Shown: positions 50,403-60,927, counted from the stretch's first letter. The stretch: 64,000 bases of DNA from Candidatus Poribacteria bacterium (GCA_965205025.1 CBDBFU010000028.1:160001-224000); one strand, 5' to 3'. Numbers and translations: made by a program. Notes: generated by a model from the sequence alone, not told the origin.

Positions 50403-51305
50403 TTAGGGTAATGGTTCACCCTCTTGTGAAGTCATTTCAGCATAAAGATCTTGTAATCGTCCGGTCATCTCTCCTGGACTCCCCGTTCCAATCTGCCTAC
50501 CATCCACCTCTAATACAGGGCTTAATTCACCAACTGTTCCTGTAGTAAACATCTCATCTGCGGTATACACCTCTGTTAAAGAGACATTCCGCTCTATCAT
50601 CGGAATCTGCGCGGATTTAGCGAGTTGGATAACATTACCTCGTGTAATCCCAGGTAAACAACTGTCTGCATGGGGTGTAATTACTTCACCTCGCTTGATT
50701 ATAAAGATATTTGTCGCATTAGTCTCAGAAACAAAACCAAAAATATCAAGCATAATCGCATCGTCTACCCCAGCGACATTCGCCTCTATTTTAGCCAGTA
50801 TGTTGTTTATCAAATTGTTGTGGTGGATTTTAGAATCTACACATTGTGCAGTATTTCGACGAATTGTAGAAGTTATCAAACGTATACCGGTACTTGCGTA
50901 AATAGGTGGTTTCCATTCTGCTAAAACAATTAAGCATGTACCATACTGATTTACCTGCGGATTCATACTTGAGGTAACTTTTTTACCTCTACTAAGGGTT
51001 AGACGTATATGGACTTCATCACGCATTCCATTAGCTTCTAATGTCTCAAAAATAGCCTTTTTAATGTCATCCCGGGATGGAATTCCTTCAAACGCCATTG
51101 CATGTGCAGAATCAATTAATCTATCAAGATGTGGATCCAAGGCAAATATCTTTCCTTTATAGATACGAAGTCCTTCCCATACCCCATCCCCACCTTGGAC
51201 AAGACTATCAAAAACCGATATTTTCGCTTCTTCACGGGGAAATAATTCCCCACCAACATGAATTAATATGTTCTCATTTCGAGAATCAGGTAATTGTGGT
51301 TTCAT
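50403..51305 (-). CDS. Aminotransferase class IV (branched-chain aminotransferase-like)
   Basis: KISVFD...GDGVWEGLR, SETNATNIF, LPGITR, ADEMFTTGT. Confidence 0.88.
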   Translation of the reverse strand: MKPQLPDSRNENILIHVGGELFPREEAKISVFDSLVQGGDGVWEGLRIYKGKIFALDPHLDRLIDSAHAMAFEGIPSRDDIKKAIFETLEANGMRDEVHIRLTLSRGKKVTSSMNPQVNQYGTCLIVLAEWKPPIYASTGIRLITSTIRRNTAQCVDSKIHHNNLINNILAKIEANVAGVDDAIMLDIFGFVSETNATNIFIIKRGEVITPHADSCLPGITRGNVIQLAKSAQIPMIERNVSLTEVYTADEMFTTGTVGELSPVLEVDGRQIGTGSPGEMTGRLQDLYAEMTSQEGEPLP

Positions 51306-51454
51306 TTACTCTCCTAATTTATTTCTGTTTCAATCATAGTATAGTATCTGAAAGGTTAATTGAATAAAATTTTCAGTTCCTTCCGATTAACTGGACAATT
51401 TATATGCATCTATAAAAGATGAGGCATAAACTTCTTAAAACATACGAATGATTC

Positions 51455-53386
51455 TCATATCCAACTATATACTGCGGAACGTAATACCAAACTCAATAAA
51501 GGCCAAAAACAACCCATCAACGCTTCACCTAATACCAATCCAATGAAGAATGGGATAGCCTTTCGGTATGCATTAATCCCACCGTTCCGCAAAATAATCC
51601 ACTTCGTAACCATTGCAATTAAGAGTGGAAACCAAATAACATCTGTTGTACCTGGTGCCACTCCAATCACATATCCTGCAGGATGGAGTGGACACCATAC
51701 AAAGCGAGACCGTAGAAACATTATTCCCAAATTCGCAAAAAAGGTTATACCGAGAACACTACTGGCTAACCAATCCATCGGCTTTGGATTTACTAACCAT
51801 GATGATAGGAAATTATATGTATCTGCACCCCCCGCATGTATTTGCTCAGAACCCGCAGCAACACCCTCACTATAAATCGTATACGGATACAGTATTAGAC
51901 TTGATAAGATTCCGACAAGACTGGCTATTACCAGAACTGTAAACATCGTCCGGTTACGGATACTTGTTCTTTCTGCCAGTTTAAACGCCTCAAGTTGATC
52001 AGGCATTGGATGTGTACGGAATGAAGCATAACTCGCACCACTCAACCAATTCATCAGAGAGAGCATCGTCAAATTCCCCGCACGTAAACGTCTGGTTCCA
52101 AGAAGTGAAATCATCATATATTGAGGTGTTAAATACCCAATAGCGTGTATTGGAGGACCCAGTTCCGCACGCATACGTGTTAAACCGACTACAATCAGCA
52201 AATATATCACAATAAATACGACAAATGCCCACAACGACATCCCTCCTCGAATACAAAATATAGCCAGCAATAAGAGTGATAGAGCTAAGATGATTAATGT
52301 TGTGCGATGGGATAATGCTTCATTCTTAGCTTCTAATGACTTTGGTCGAATTGCTTGGGATAATACCAATGCAAAATGCTTCCTACCATTCCAACAGGCA
52401 ATTGCAAGTAACGCAAGTAATGCACCTGCTCCTTGTTCACCTAAAAAGGGGTATCCCTGTACTTTAGATACACCTGAAGCACTACCAAAAAGCAATTGGA
52501 TCTTCTTCATCATATAGAAGAACGTACAGGAAAATGCCAAATCAAGTGGAAGAATAAACGAGAATCCTATCAGATAAGGATGAACACGAAGCGGAGTACT
52601 ACCCATTGCATTCCACGGTTTTTGCGTAAAATACATGTTAAGATTGTATTTTCTGACAGGAATTTCTGGCAATATAGGATAGAAATACTGCAACCCATTT
52701 AGTAGATTAATACCAGCAGCGATACCAAAACCTATCCATAATAACTTACTTCTAAATACACCACGGTTTGTGGTTATCTCCAGTGGGATCTGTATAATTG
52801 GATATGCAAGTTTCTCATTCTCTATCCACTGCTTTCTGATTAACGATGTCAAACATAGAAAAATGAGCATCAATAAGAAAATCACCGCAGACCAGGACAG
52901 AATAGGAACTATCCAATAATTTAAATATCCTCCAGTAAAGAAGTTAACATTACCTTCGTAAAAATCATTGACTGTTTTTGGGTCTTTTACGACAAGCCAT
53001 TCAGGCAGGTGATGGAATAACAATGCTTCCCAATCATTCTCTGGCGTAGCAAAACGATACGCATAAGGGATCAATCCCATTAATCGAGGCATGCAGTCAT
53101 GACCTGAAAATGCACTCCCAACTGCAAGCATACTATACACAACAATAAGATCACGCTGCGAAAGTGAGATCTGCGGGGCAATGCTACGTAACCAAAGATT
53201 AATTACTGTAATCACAAAAATCCCAAACATCACATTCACAGACATTGCTACCGTCGTCAGATGGGCTGTGTGCCATATCATCTCAACATAAGCTATCCAG
53301 TAACTATTAGCGACAATTAGGAGTGTACCAATCAATACTGCCCTTTTCGCAATAGGACGTGTTGATTGTAAGTTTGTATGGTTCAT
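51455..53386 (-). CDS. Large polytopic membrane protein, putative (oligo)peptide transporter-like
   Basis: About 15 TM segments; RKQWIENEKLAYP, TRMRAELG, WCPLHPAGY, PFFIGLVLGE. Confidence 0.7.
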   Translation of the reverse strand: MNHTNLQSTRPIAKRAVLIGTLLIVANSYWIAYVEMIWHTAHLTTVAMSVNVMFGIFVITVINLWLRSIAPQISLSQRDLIVVYSMLAVGSAFSGHDCMPRLMGLIPYAYRFATPENDWEALLFHHLPEWLVVKDPKTVNDFYEGNVNFFTGGYLNYWIVPILSWSAVIFLLMLIFLCLTSLIRKQWIENEKLAYPIIQIPLEITTNRGVFRSKLLWIGFGIAAGINLLNGLQYFYPILPEIPVRKYNLNMYFTQKPWNAMGSTPLRVHPYLIGFSFILPLDLAFSCTFFYMMKKIQLLFGSASGVSKVQGYPFLGEQGAGALLALLAIACWNGRKHFALVLSQAIRPKSLEAKNEALSHRTTLIILALSLLLLAIFCIRGGMSLWAFVVFIVIYLLIVVGLTRMRAELGPPIHAIGYLTPQYMMISLLGTRRLRAGNLTMLSLMNWLSGASYASFRTHPMPDQLEAFKLAERTSIRNRTMFTVLVIASLVGILSSLILYPYTIYSEGVAAGSEQIHAGGADTYNFLSSWLVNPKPMDWLASSVLGITFFANLGIMFLRSRFVWCPLHPAGYVIGVAPGTTDVIWFPLLIAMVTKWIILRNGGINAYRKAIPFFIGLVLGEALMGCFWPLLSLVLRSAVYSWI

Positions 53387-53531
53387 TGAAGTTGGAAGGT
53401 AAAGGCCTAAATTCTGAAAATGTACTACTGAAATTACTGAAGGTATTACGAATTATTTGGAAAGATTCTCATAGGTATGGTATACTATAAATTAGAAGTA
53501 TGTCAAGATGAAAATAGAAGAATATCCAGTA

Positions 53532-53596
53532 TATTCTCATGGGTTAAAACCTTAGATCACAGATCCAATTGTGCTACGGTTTTAACCTTTAGAATA
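53532..53596. repeat. Long imperfect hairpin with a degenerate REP-B-like core
   Basis: TATTCT..GGTTAAAACC / GGTTTTAACC..AGAATA; minus-strand core GTAGCACAATTGGATCTGTG. Confidence 0.5.
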
Positions 53597-53930
53597 AGTA
53601 CAGACTATAGACCATCCTTGACAATTTTTAACATTTGTTAAAATCACAACTTACAAGATTTTATGATTGAAGGTGTATCTATAACAGAGTTTGAAATACA
53701 CTTACTCTTGTTTTCTCAATTTCTGCTATTCTAATGTATAATTCCTAATAGAATTTATATCAATAGGAACACATCAAACAATTAAACACACATTAGACTT
53801 AGGAACTTATGGATAAAACTCTATTATTTTAGCTTACACATTTTGAACTAATTTCTAAAACATACCAACCTATGGATATTGTGTAAGTTTTATTTCTTAT
53901 CAATGACACCAGTATATAGGAGCTATTAAT

Positions 53931-55034
53931 ATGGAACTATCATTTGAAAAAGATGAACTTTTATATTCACTACAAGTTGTACAAGGTGTAGCAAGTGAAC
54001 GCAATACTTTGCCAATTCTACAAAATGTTCTCATCCGGGCAGAAAACGGTAAAATCGAGTTTTCCGCTACCGACTTGGAAGTTGGTATAAGAGTTGTTGT
54101 GTTAGGCACAATCAAGGAAGAAGGATCAATCACTGTTTCAGCAAAAAAATTCACTGATTTAGTGAGAGAATTACCAAGTAAACCAATTGAATTGGCTACC
54201 ACAGCAAACGATCGTGTCGAATTAACATGTGGAGAAGGAGTCTATAAAATGATTGGGCTTTCAGATGAAGACTTCCCTGAAATACCATCTGTTGATGGAG
54301 AATCAATAATTATAGACGGAAATATCTTGAATTCTGTAATTCACAAAACCGAATTTGCTGCATCCAGAGATGAGGTCCGTTACCTACTCAACAGCCTTTA
54401 TTTTAATATTCTTGAGGATAAAACTGAAATTGTCGCAACTGATGGAACAAAACAACTCGCACTGACACATTGTGATCCGCTAAATACTCCTGATGAATCA
54501 AGCGGCTTTATCGTACCATTAAAGGCTGTCAGAGAGATTGAAAGGACATTTGCTGAATCTGGTGAAGTTAAGATCGCATTGGCAAAAAATCAACTTCTAC
54601 TGGCAAATGACAATACCACACTCACAACCCGTTTGGTTGAGGGTGAATATGCCAATTACCAAGGTGTAATTCCTGAATCATCAGAAGGACGTGCTGTTGT
54701 TACAAAAGAACTATTATTGCGAGCAACAAGACGAGTGGCATTACTTTCAAACCCTAAGAACTATTTAATCTGTTTAGAGATTGATCCAGAACGCATAACT
54801 ATTTCAGCAAACTCTCCAGAACTCGGTGAAGCACGCGAAACTGTCGAAGTAGAATCAAGTACTGGAAGTGTACGGATCGGTGTTGATGCACGGGTTCTCA
54901 CTGAAGTCATAGCACACATCGAAACTGATTCTCTTATCATAGAGTTTTCCGGGGAATTTACACAATTTGCTGTGAAACCGCAGAGCGATGACACCCACAC
55001 ATGTATCATCATGCCAATGCGGTTAGAATCATAG
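53931..55034 (+). CDS. dnaN: DNA polymerase III beta sliding clamp
   Basis: TLPILQNVL, ATDLE, VATDG, TRLVEG.Y, IMPMR; RBS AGGAG. Confidence 0.95.
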   Translation: MELSFEKDELLYSLQVVQGVASERNTLPILQNVLIRAENGKIEFSATDLEVGIRVVVLGTIKEEGSITVSAKKFTDLVRELPSKPIELATTANDRVELTCGEGVYKMIGLSDEDFPEIPSVDGESIIIDGNILNSVIHKTEFAASRDEVRYLLNSLYFNILEDKTEIVATDGTKQLALTHCDPLNTPDESSGFIVPLKAVREIERTFAESGEVKIALAKNQLLLANDNTTLTTRLVEGEYANYQGVIPESSEGRAVVTKELLLRATRRVALLSNPKNYLICLEIDPERITISANSPELGEARETVEVESSTGSVRIGVDARVLTEVIAHIETDSLIIEFSGEFTQFAVKPQSDDTHTCIIMPMRLES

Positions 55035-55055
55035 GTTTTGAAATAAAGGATAATT

Positions 55056-55102
55056 AAATCAACCCTATGGACTACTTACAAAGCAGACCATAGGGTTGAT
55101 TT
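55056..55102 (+). terminator. Probable terminator after dnaN
   Basis: AAATCAACCCTATGG / CCATAGGGTTGATTT stem. Confidence 0.7.
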
Positions 55103-55217
55103 CGTTTGGATTAAATCCCATAGGAACGTAATGGCTATGTATAGTTGTTTAGAATACCCGTATTCTCTGTGTAAACAGTGTAATTCGTGATATAATCACT
55201 AAAGAATTTCGATCTTT

Positions 55218-55389
55218 GTACCGCAAACTTTATGAGGATTAAGTAAATATTTCGGTAATTCTATTTTTCCCAAACCCGGTAGGTGCGGTTTCCCGGGGAA
55301 TGCCTTATGGCATTCATACCGTTGATTCACCGCACTGGATATTTCTCCTGAATTACCGATTTAAAAAATTAATCTTCATTTAGTTTGCG
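55218..55389. mobile_element. Four-layer nested element: REP-B > TG...CA MITE (55233-55378, TSD TTTA) > REP-A > 35-nt micro-element
   Basis: GTACCGCAAAC-TTTA-[TGAGGATTAA..TCGGTAATT..GTAGGTGCGGTTTCC-(35 nt)-ACCGCAC..AATTACCGA..TTAATCTTCA]-TTTA-GTTTGCG. Confidence 0.8.
55294..55328. mobile_element. 35-nt micro-element, copy 2
   Basis: CGGGGAATGCCTTATGGCATTCATACCGTTGATTC in place of the TA seen in intact REP-A copies. Confidence 0.75.
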
Positions 55390-55486
55390 ACAAAAACTCA
55401 TACCTGTCAAATGCAATACGTCCATTTAGGGTTGAATCCAACGTTCTATCTCAGACACGAATTCGACATTGAATCCAAAATCATAC

Positions 55487-56918
55487 CTACATTTCTTCCC
55501 CTTCTTTCTCAGGTTTTATATCCGATAAATATCTATCTTTTTCAATAATTGCCATCTCAGTCATCTTCACCATTACACTCTCCGGATGGACTGCATACCA
55601 CTTTCCATCTGCAAAAGTAGTTACGGTATGGATTCTTTCACTTATCTCAGATGATTCAGAGAAATAATCATGTGGCAACCAATTTTCAAACGTGACGCCT
55701 TCACCATTATCCCATTTCCATTTACCATCTTTTCTGTCAGCACTTAACCCTATCCAATAAAATGTATGTCCAAATACCGCACCTAACCACTCCTGCTCCT
55801 TGGAATCGTTAATCGCTACAAGATGTGCTTTTTCTTTTTTGGCTTGAGCAATTGCCTCATCTCGTGTTCTGCATATAACTCTTTTATAGGCATGTCCATT
55901 TAAGGGATTAACGATCCATACCTCATTAGACACTGGTAGCGGAGATTGTTCTGGTGTTGGGGATTGTTGTTTTTCATCTTTTACCGTTTTCATCTTTGGT
56001 GGCAACGGTATTGGTGGAATTGGATCACTATCAAATGTAAATGTTAACCCATCAAGCCGTTGTCCAGGTTCAAGACGCACCTCTTCAGGAGGAGTCTCTA
56101 ATCTCTGATACCCTAATGACAATGTGTAAATTACAGTCTTATGCCGATTACGCAGATATTGGACGAAATTGCCTTTATCATCAATCCAAATGCCAACTCC
56201 TCCACCTCCAGTGCCTCTTCCACTATCATCTTCATAACGGTGTTTAAGGGCAATCTGAATACGTGCATTTGAGAGTGGTGTACCATCCTTAAACATGACA
56301 CGTCCCCGAATCCGCATACGAGGTCGCACAATTACCTCAACGTTCTTGATATGTATATCAGGATCAATCCCAAAACCAATTTCATTAAAATCATTCCTAG
56401 GATAAAAATCTATATCATTTATACGGAGAGAGACCACTTTAACATCAGGTTCAAAATCGTTCTCTTGAAAGCCAAAATTAGTTTGAGTAAAACCATCAAT
56501 ATAGTCTGGATTGAATCCTTTGTCATACCATGTCAGATAATCTTTAAGAAAATCATAAATAATTATCTGGTAAACGTTGGTCGATATTTTTTGATAAGAC
56601 CCCAAAATAATGTGGTCCTGGTGGAATACCCGTTATAGAAAAACTTCCATCCGCATTCGTCTCAGTTCGATTCATTTCAAAATAGTCATAAGGAAGATAA
56701 AGTGAAAATGTATCTCCATCATCAATTTCAAGAGGAGCGATATAAACTGGTAATTCAGCCATGGGATTACCTTCTGTATCAACTACACGTCCCGATACTG
56801 TCCCCGTACCTTCCTGACAAATACCGAGTAGTATGAATATACTGAAGAGTGTCTGTATTATTAGAAACATTACAATTGTCTTTTCTCTAAAACCCTTTTT
56901 AATCATTATTGCCTCCAT
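55487..56918 (-). pseudogene. Frameshifted secreted protein: carboxypeptidase-regulatory-like domains plus C-type lectin domain
   Basis: ORFs 56553-56918 (signal/TM, VSGRVVD.EGNP, DGSFSITGIPPG) and 55487-56605 (NPLNGHAYK..WIGL..W.W.NGE...NW) overlap out of frame near 56560 and parallel the C-terminal half of the upstream ECF fusion. Confidence 0.7.
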
Positions 56919-56950
56919 ATTAACTATGAGTCTATATTCCTAAGTTGAAA

Positions 56951-58996
56951 CTACTCAAAGTTCCCGCCATTTTTTTCTATTAAAGCTGTTTGCATCCAAC
57001 GCCATCCAACATTTTCTGGACCAATATCTTCCCATTTCTCACCATTCAAAACTACATAATCCTCATCACCGTTGTCATCGTTAGGTTCAAACTTTCCCCA
57101 ATTGGTATATTCAAGAGTATCTCCATTCTGCCATTGCCATTGTCCCTCTTCATCTATATCAGTAAGACCAATTAATAGACGCCTCGGATTGAAAACCTTA
57201 CTTATCCACTTCTGTTCTTCTTCATCATTTATCGTAACAAGATACGCATCTTCATCCTTTGCTTGTAGAATGGCATCTTCTGGACTGGTACAACTGATTT
57301 TCTTATAGGCATGTCCATTTGCAGGATTAACAACCCAAACATCTCGTGCGTCAATTCCACTATGAACTGATGCATTTGCTTGGAATTGAGGTTCCTCTTG
57401 AATATTCGGTAATATCGGTTCTGCCAAGGTAAAGGTTACTTCATATTTCCGTTCATTAGGTTTTACAATTATCGGTTTTAATAACACCCTTTGTGTTTTA
57501 TATTCAATTGACATAATGTAAAATCCAGGACCATCTAATTGATGCCAGATAAATTGAACAAAGTTCCCAGCAATATCTGTCTTTTGTCCCCATGAAACCC
57601 CGCTTTCATCACCATCTAAATCCAAATGTTTTACTTTGAATTTAATTCGTTCATTGGCAACTGGTGTACCATCTACTTGTAACACCTTTCCCTTGACTTC
57701 TATGAATTGACGAACTGTAACTTCAATGTTGTGAAGTTTTTCTCTGGTTTTAGCAGCAAATACAATTCCACGCCCCCTTCCACTTCCAACAGTATAGAAG
57801 GTCATTCCCTTAGTTTTTATTTTTATGATTTCAGAATCCGGTTCGTAGAATGGTAACACTCCCAATAACACTGGTTCTGTGTATAGAGTCGGTATATGGA
57901 AACTACCGTCTGTATTAATTTCTGCTGGATATGCTAATGGGTCATCAGGCCAGTCACTATCATCTGATACTTCTTGTGGAAACCAAGCTCCATTACCGTC
58001 TTCAACAGGCATAATTGCGATCTTGACATCATCAACTGGATTTCCTTTCTCATCTATGATATGACCAGAAGCCGAATAATTTTCCTTGTTATTCTGTTTG
58101 TCACTATTGTCATCACTTTCATCTGCAGCATCTACTGTTCCAATCTGATTCTTAACATTAGGATCAGAGGGTAAATTTGAAAATACACTGGCATCTACAA
58201 TGTCTACTGACATCTCAGATGTTGCTTCTATATTGTACGGTTTCTGAAATACAGCCTGACGTTGTGAACCAAATCCAAGCATCAATGCAACCAATAAAAA
58301 CGTTGAAGTTGTTATAATCCAAGGCATAACTGGTTTGCCACCTGAAGACGAGGGATCAATCTGTATGCCAGTTTCTTTGATTGTTCTAACAATGTTCTCT
58401 GTTAAGTCTACTGAGGGTTGGAAACCCCCTAAAGTCTCACGTACCATACGATCCTCCTTAGCTAAACGCCTACGCGCACGATGAAGACGGCTTTTTACTG
58501 TATTCAACGATACACCTAAAAACTCACTTATCTCTTTAATTGGACTATCAGCGAGATAATGAAGTGTCACTACAATTCGTTCGCTTTCTGGTAACTTTTG
58601 GAGGAGACGTTGAACAAGAGCAATCCGTTTTTCTGATACGCGTTCTTCTCGTTGTGCTGACGCATAATCAGAATAATGCTGTTCCTCAAGTTGAACAATT
58701 GGAACAGTTTCTAAGGATTCCATTTTTTGCGGGGACTTTCTTAACCATGTATCACACATGCGATTTGCTATCACATAGAGCCATCCGGCAAACAACTGGG
58801 GATTCTTCAATGTGTTGAGTTTTCTATAAGCTCTAAGGAAAGTGTCTTGTGTAATCTCTTCAGCAATATGAAAATCACCAATCTTACGCCATGCAAGCGC
58901 GTGGACACGTTTCTGGTATCTCTGCACTAAAATAGTAAATGCATCTTGATCACCAGATAATGTCTGTTTTATCAATTGATAATCGGTAGCTTCCAT
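56951..58996 (-). CDS. ECF sigma-70 factor fused through a TM helix to carboxypeptidase-regulatory-like and C-type lectin domains
   Basis: Region 2 AEEITQDTFLRAY..F.GWLY.IA; region 4 EISEFLGVSLNTVKSRLHRAR; TM WIITTSTFLLVALMLGFG; CTLD NGHAYK..LVTIND.EEQ.W..IGLTD..EGQWQW..YTNW..EPN..WED. Confidence 0.88.
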   Translation of the reverse strand: MEATDYQLIKQTLSGDQDAFTILVQRYQKRVHALAWRKIGDFHIAEEITQDTFLRAYRKLNTLKNPQLFAGWLYVIANRMCDTWLRKSPQKMESLETVPIVQLEEQHYSDYASAQREERVSEKRIALVQRLLQKLPESERIVVTLHYLADSPIKEISEFLGVSLNTVKSRLHRARRRLAKEDRMVRETLGGFQPSVDLTENIVRTIKETGIQIDPSSSGGKPVMPWIITTSTFLLVALMLGFGSQRQAVFQKPYNIEATSEMSVDIVDASVFSNLPSDPNVKNQIGTVDAADESDDNSDKQNNKENYSASGHIIDEKGNPVDDVKIAIMPVEDGNGAWFPQEVSDDSDWPDDPLAYPAEINTDGSFHIPTLYTEPVLLGVLPFYEPDSEIIKIKTKGMTFYTVGSGRGRGIVFAAKTREKLHNIEVTVRQFIEVKGKVLQVDGTPVANERIKFKVKHLDLDGDESGVSWGQKTDIAGNFVQFIWHQLDGPGFYIMSIEYKTQRVLLKPIIVKPNERKYEVTFTLAEPILPNIQEEPQFQANASVHSGIDARDVWVVNPANGHAYKKISCTSPEDAILQAKDEDAYLVTINDEEEQKWISKVFNPRRLLIGLTDIDEEGQWQWQNGDTLEYTNWGKFEPNDDNGDEDYVVLNGEKWEDIGPENVGWRWMQTALIEKNGGNFE

Positions 58997-59315
58997 CTGT
59001 CTTCTCCAAATGAATGTTTCATAATACAAAGACACTTAATTTCGATGCAAAGGTTGCATAAAATGCAAATACAACAATAATTTATCAATAATAAAGTGAA
59101 AAATATACAGATTAAGAATACTATCTGTCAAAGAAAGGACTACATAAGGAACGAAATAATATCATTATACTGATACCATTTTCAATTGACATTTACATTA
59201 CGACATATCACTAAATAGAACAAATTAGCGAAAAAGTTGTAGTCCCGTATGAAGTTAAAAAAATAAAATAGGTAATTTGGACCCAGAGCTGGTAGGTGCG
59301 GTTTCCTAACCGCAC

Positions 59316-60770
59316 TATAGGCGTCAATTTTAGAAAAAGGATGTCTGATTTTTCAATAATAATTATTGTTAAGTGAAAACACCTCCTATATAATGTATAA
59401 AAATATTACCTTTTACTTTATACAAGAGGTGTTTCCAATGAATACATTATCACAGGTTCCTGAAAAAATGCAACAGATTCTAACAACCATTGCTGATGAA
59501 GCAGCCCTTGAAACAGGATTTTGCAAAAGAAATCGAAAACTTGCGGGGAGTCATTTTGCTCAGACACTTATTTATAGTTGGTTAGAAAATCCTGATGCCA
59601 CCTATACTCAACTTACACATACTGCTGCTTCTCTCGGTACTCCAATCTCACGACAAGCGATTGAACAACGATTTACTGCTGAAGCTGCACAAACCCTCAA
59701 AGCAATCCTTGACGCGGCTGCGTCCGAAGTGATTTCTGCGGATCCACAAGTTCTCCCACTCCTTGAACAGTTCAACGGTATCTATATACAAGATAGTTCC
59801 TGGATAACACTCCCTGATACGCTTCACGATATTTGGGAAGGTGCCAGTAAAAAGGATTATCCGAACAAATCCGAACTGAAACTCCATCTACGCTTCGATG
59901 TTGCTACAGGGACATTCGAACACTTTCAACTCACCAACGGCATCACCGCTGATAGCACTGTAGAAAAACAGATTGACCGGCTCCCCCAAGGGAGTTTACG
60001 CCTTGCGGATCTCGGTTATTTTTCGCTACAAACCCTTCAAGAACTTACGGACGAAGGGGTCTTTTGGATTTCACGGTATAAAGTTAGGTGTTCGGTTTTT
60101 GACAATACAGGAAAGCCTCTTTGTTTACATAAATGGCTCAAGTTTCAGACCGAAAACATTATCGAAACAGATATTTTCATAGGTTCAAAAAAGCGGATGA
60201 AAGTAAGATTAGTAGCTCAGAGACTCTCCGAAGAAGAAACCGAAAAACGACGACGAGATATCAACTATCGTGCTAAACGAAAGCATACACAAGCATCACA
60301 GGCACGACTCCAACTCGCAGGTTGGAATATCTACATTACAAATATTGGAACGGATCAACTCACCGCTGAACAGATATGTGTCATTGCGCGGATTCGATGG
60401 CAGATCGAGTTGATATTTAAGTGCTTTAAAAGCCTTGGAAAAGTAGACACATCACGAAGTAAAAAACCGTATCGTATTCTATGTGAAATATATGCTAAAC
60501 TGATCGCTGCAATCATTCGGCATTGGGTGATGTTGGTCATAGGATGGCGATGTTTACGGCATAGTTTATCGAAAACAGTAGAGCTTATTACGTCCTACAC
60601 ACGCACAATCACAATAAGCTTTCGCAAGTCAAAGAGACATCTTAGAGAGACATTTGATGAGATAAAACAAGTATTCGAAAACGGGTGCTACATTGAAAGA
60701 AGAGCTAATAGAAAAACAACATTGGAATATCTTGAAAATGCTACAAAAAACCGCTAAATTGACGCCTATG
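59316..60770 (+). mobile_element. IS4-family insertion sequence (IS231/IS186-like ends) flanked by inverted REP-A copies
   Basis: IR TATAGGCGTCAATTT / AAATTGACGCCTATG; REP-A at 59292-59315 (+) and 60771-60794 (-); no direct TSD. Confidence 0.85.
59438..60757 (+). CDS. IS4-family DDE transposase
   Basis: ISRQAIEQRF, IQDSS, LADLGYF, YITN, RIRWQIELIFK; stop codon abuts the right IR; RBS GAGGT. Confidence 0.9.
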   Translation: MNTLSQVPEKMQQILTTIADEAALETGFCKRNRKLAGSHFAQTLIYSWLENPDATYTQLTHTAASLGTPISRQAIEQRFTAEAAQTLKAILDAAASEVISADPQVLPLLEQFNGIYIQDSSWITLPDTLHDIWEGASKKDYPNKSELKLHLRFDVATGTFEHFQLTNGITADSTVEKQIDRLPQGSLRLADLGYFSLQTLQELTDEGVFWISRYKVRCSVFDNTGKPLCLHKWLKFQTENIIETDIFIGSKKRMKVRLVAQRLSEEETEKRRRDINYRAKRKHTQASQARLQLAGWNIYITNIGTDQLTAEQICVIARIRWQIELIFKCFKSLGKVDTSRSKKPYRILCEIYAKLIAAIIRHWVMLVIGWRCLRHSLSKTVELITSYTRTITISFRKSKRHLRETFDEIKQVFENGCYIERRANRKTTLEYLENATKNR

Positions 60771-60863
60771 GTGCGGTTAGGAAACCGCACCTACCGGGTT
60801 TTAGAAATATGAAAATTACCGAATTTAAAAGTTAATCTTGATGAAGATTGCGATACAAATATC

Positions 60864-60927
60864 GGGCGGGTAGACCCCGCCCCTACGAAGAGGAAGAGAA
60901 GAGTCGGGAATCGGAGTTCCCTCCTAC
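60864..60927 (-). repeat. Two further GTAG-led REP-like hairpins (REP-D, REP-E)
   Basis: Minus strand GTAGGGGCGGGGTCTACCCGCCC (60864-60886) and GTAGGAGGGAACTCCGATTCCCGAC (60903-60927). Confidence 0.7.

Noticed and set aside
55487-57340. Diversity-generating retroelement targeting the C-type lectin domains
   Set aside because: No reverse transcriptase and no TR/VR pair differing only at adenines; the two CTLDs are diverged paralogues
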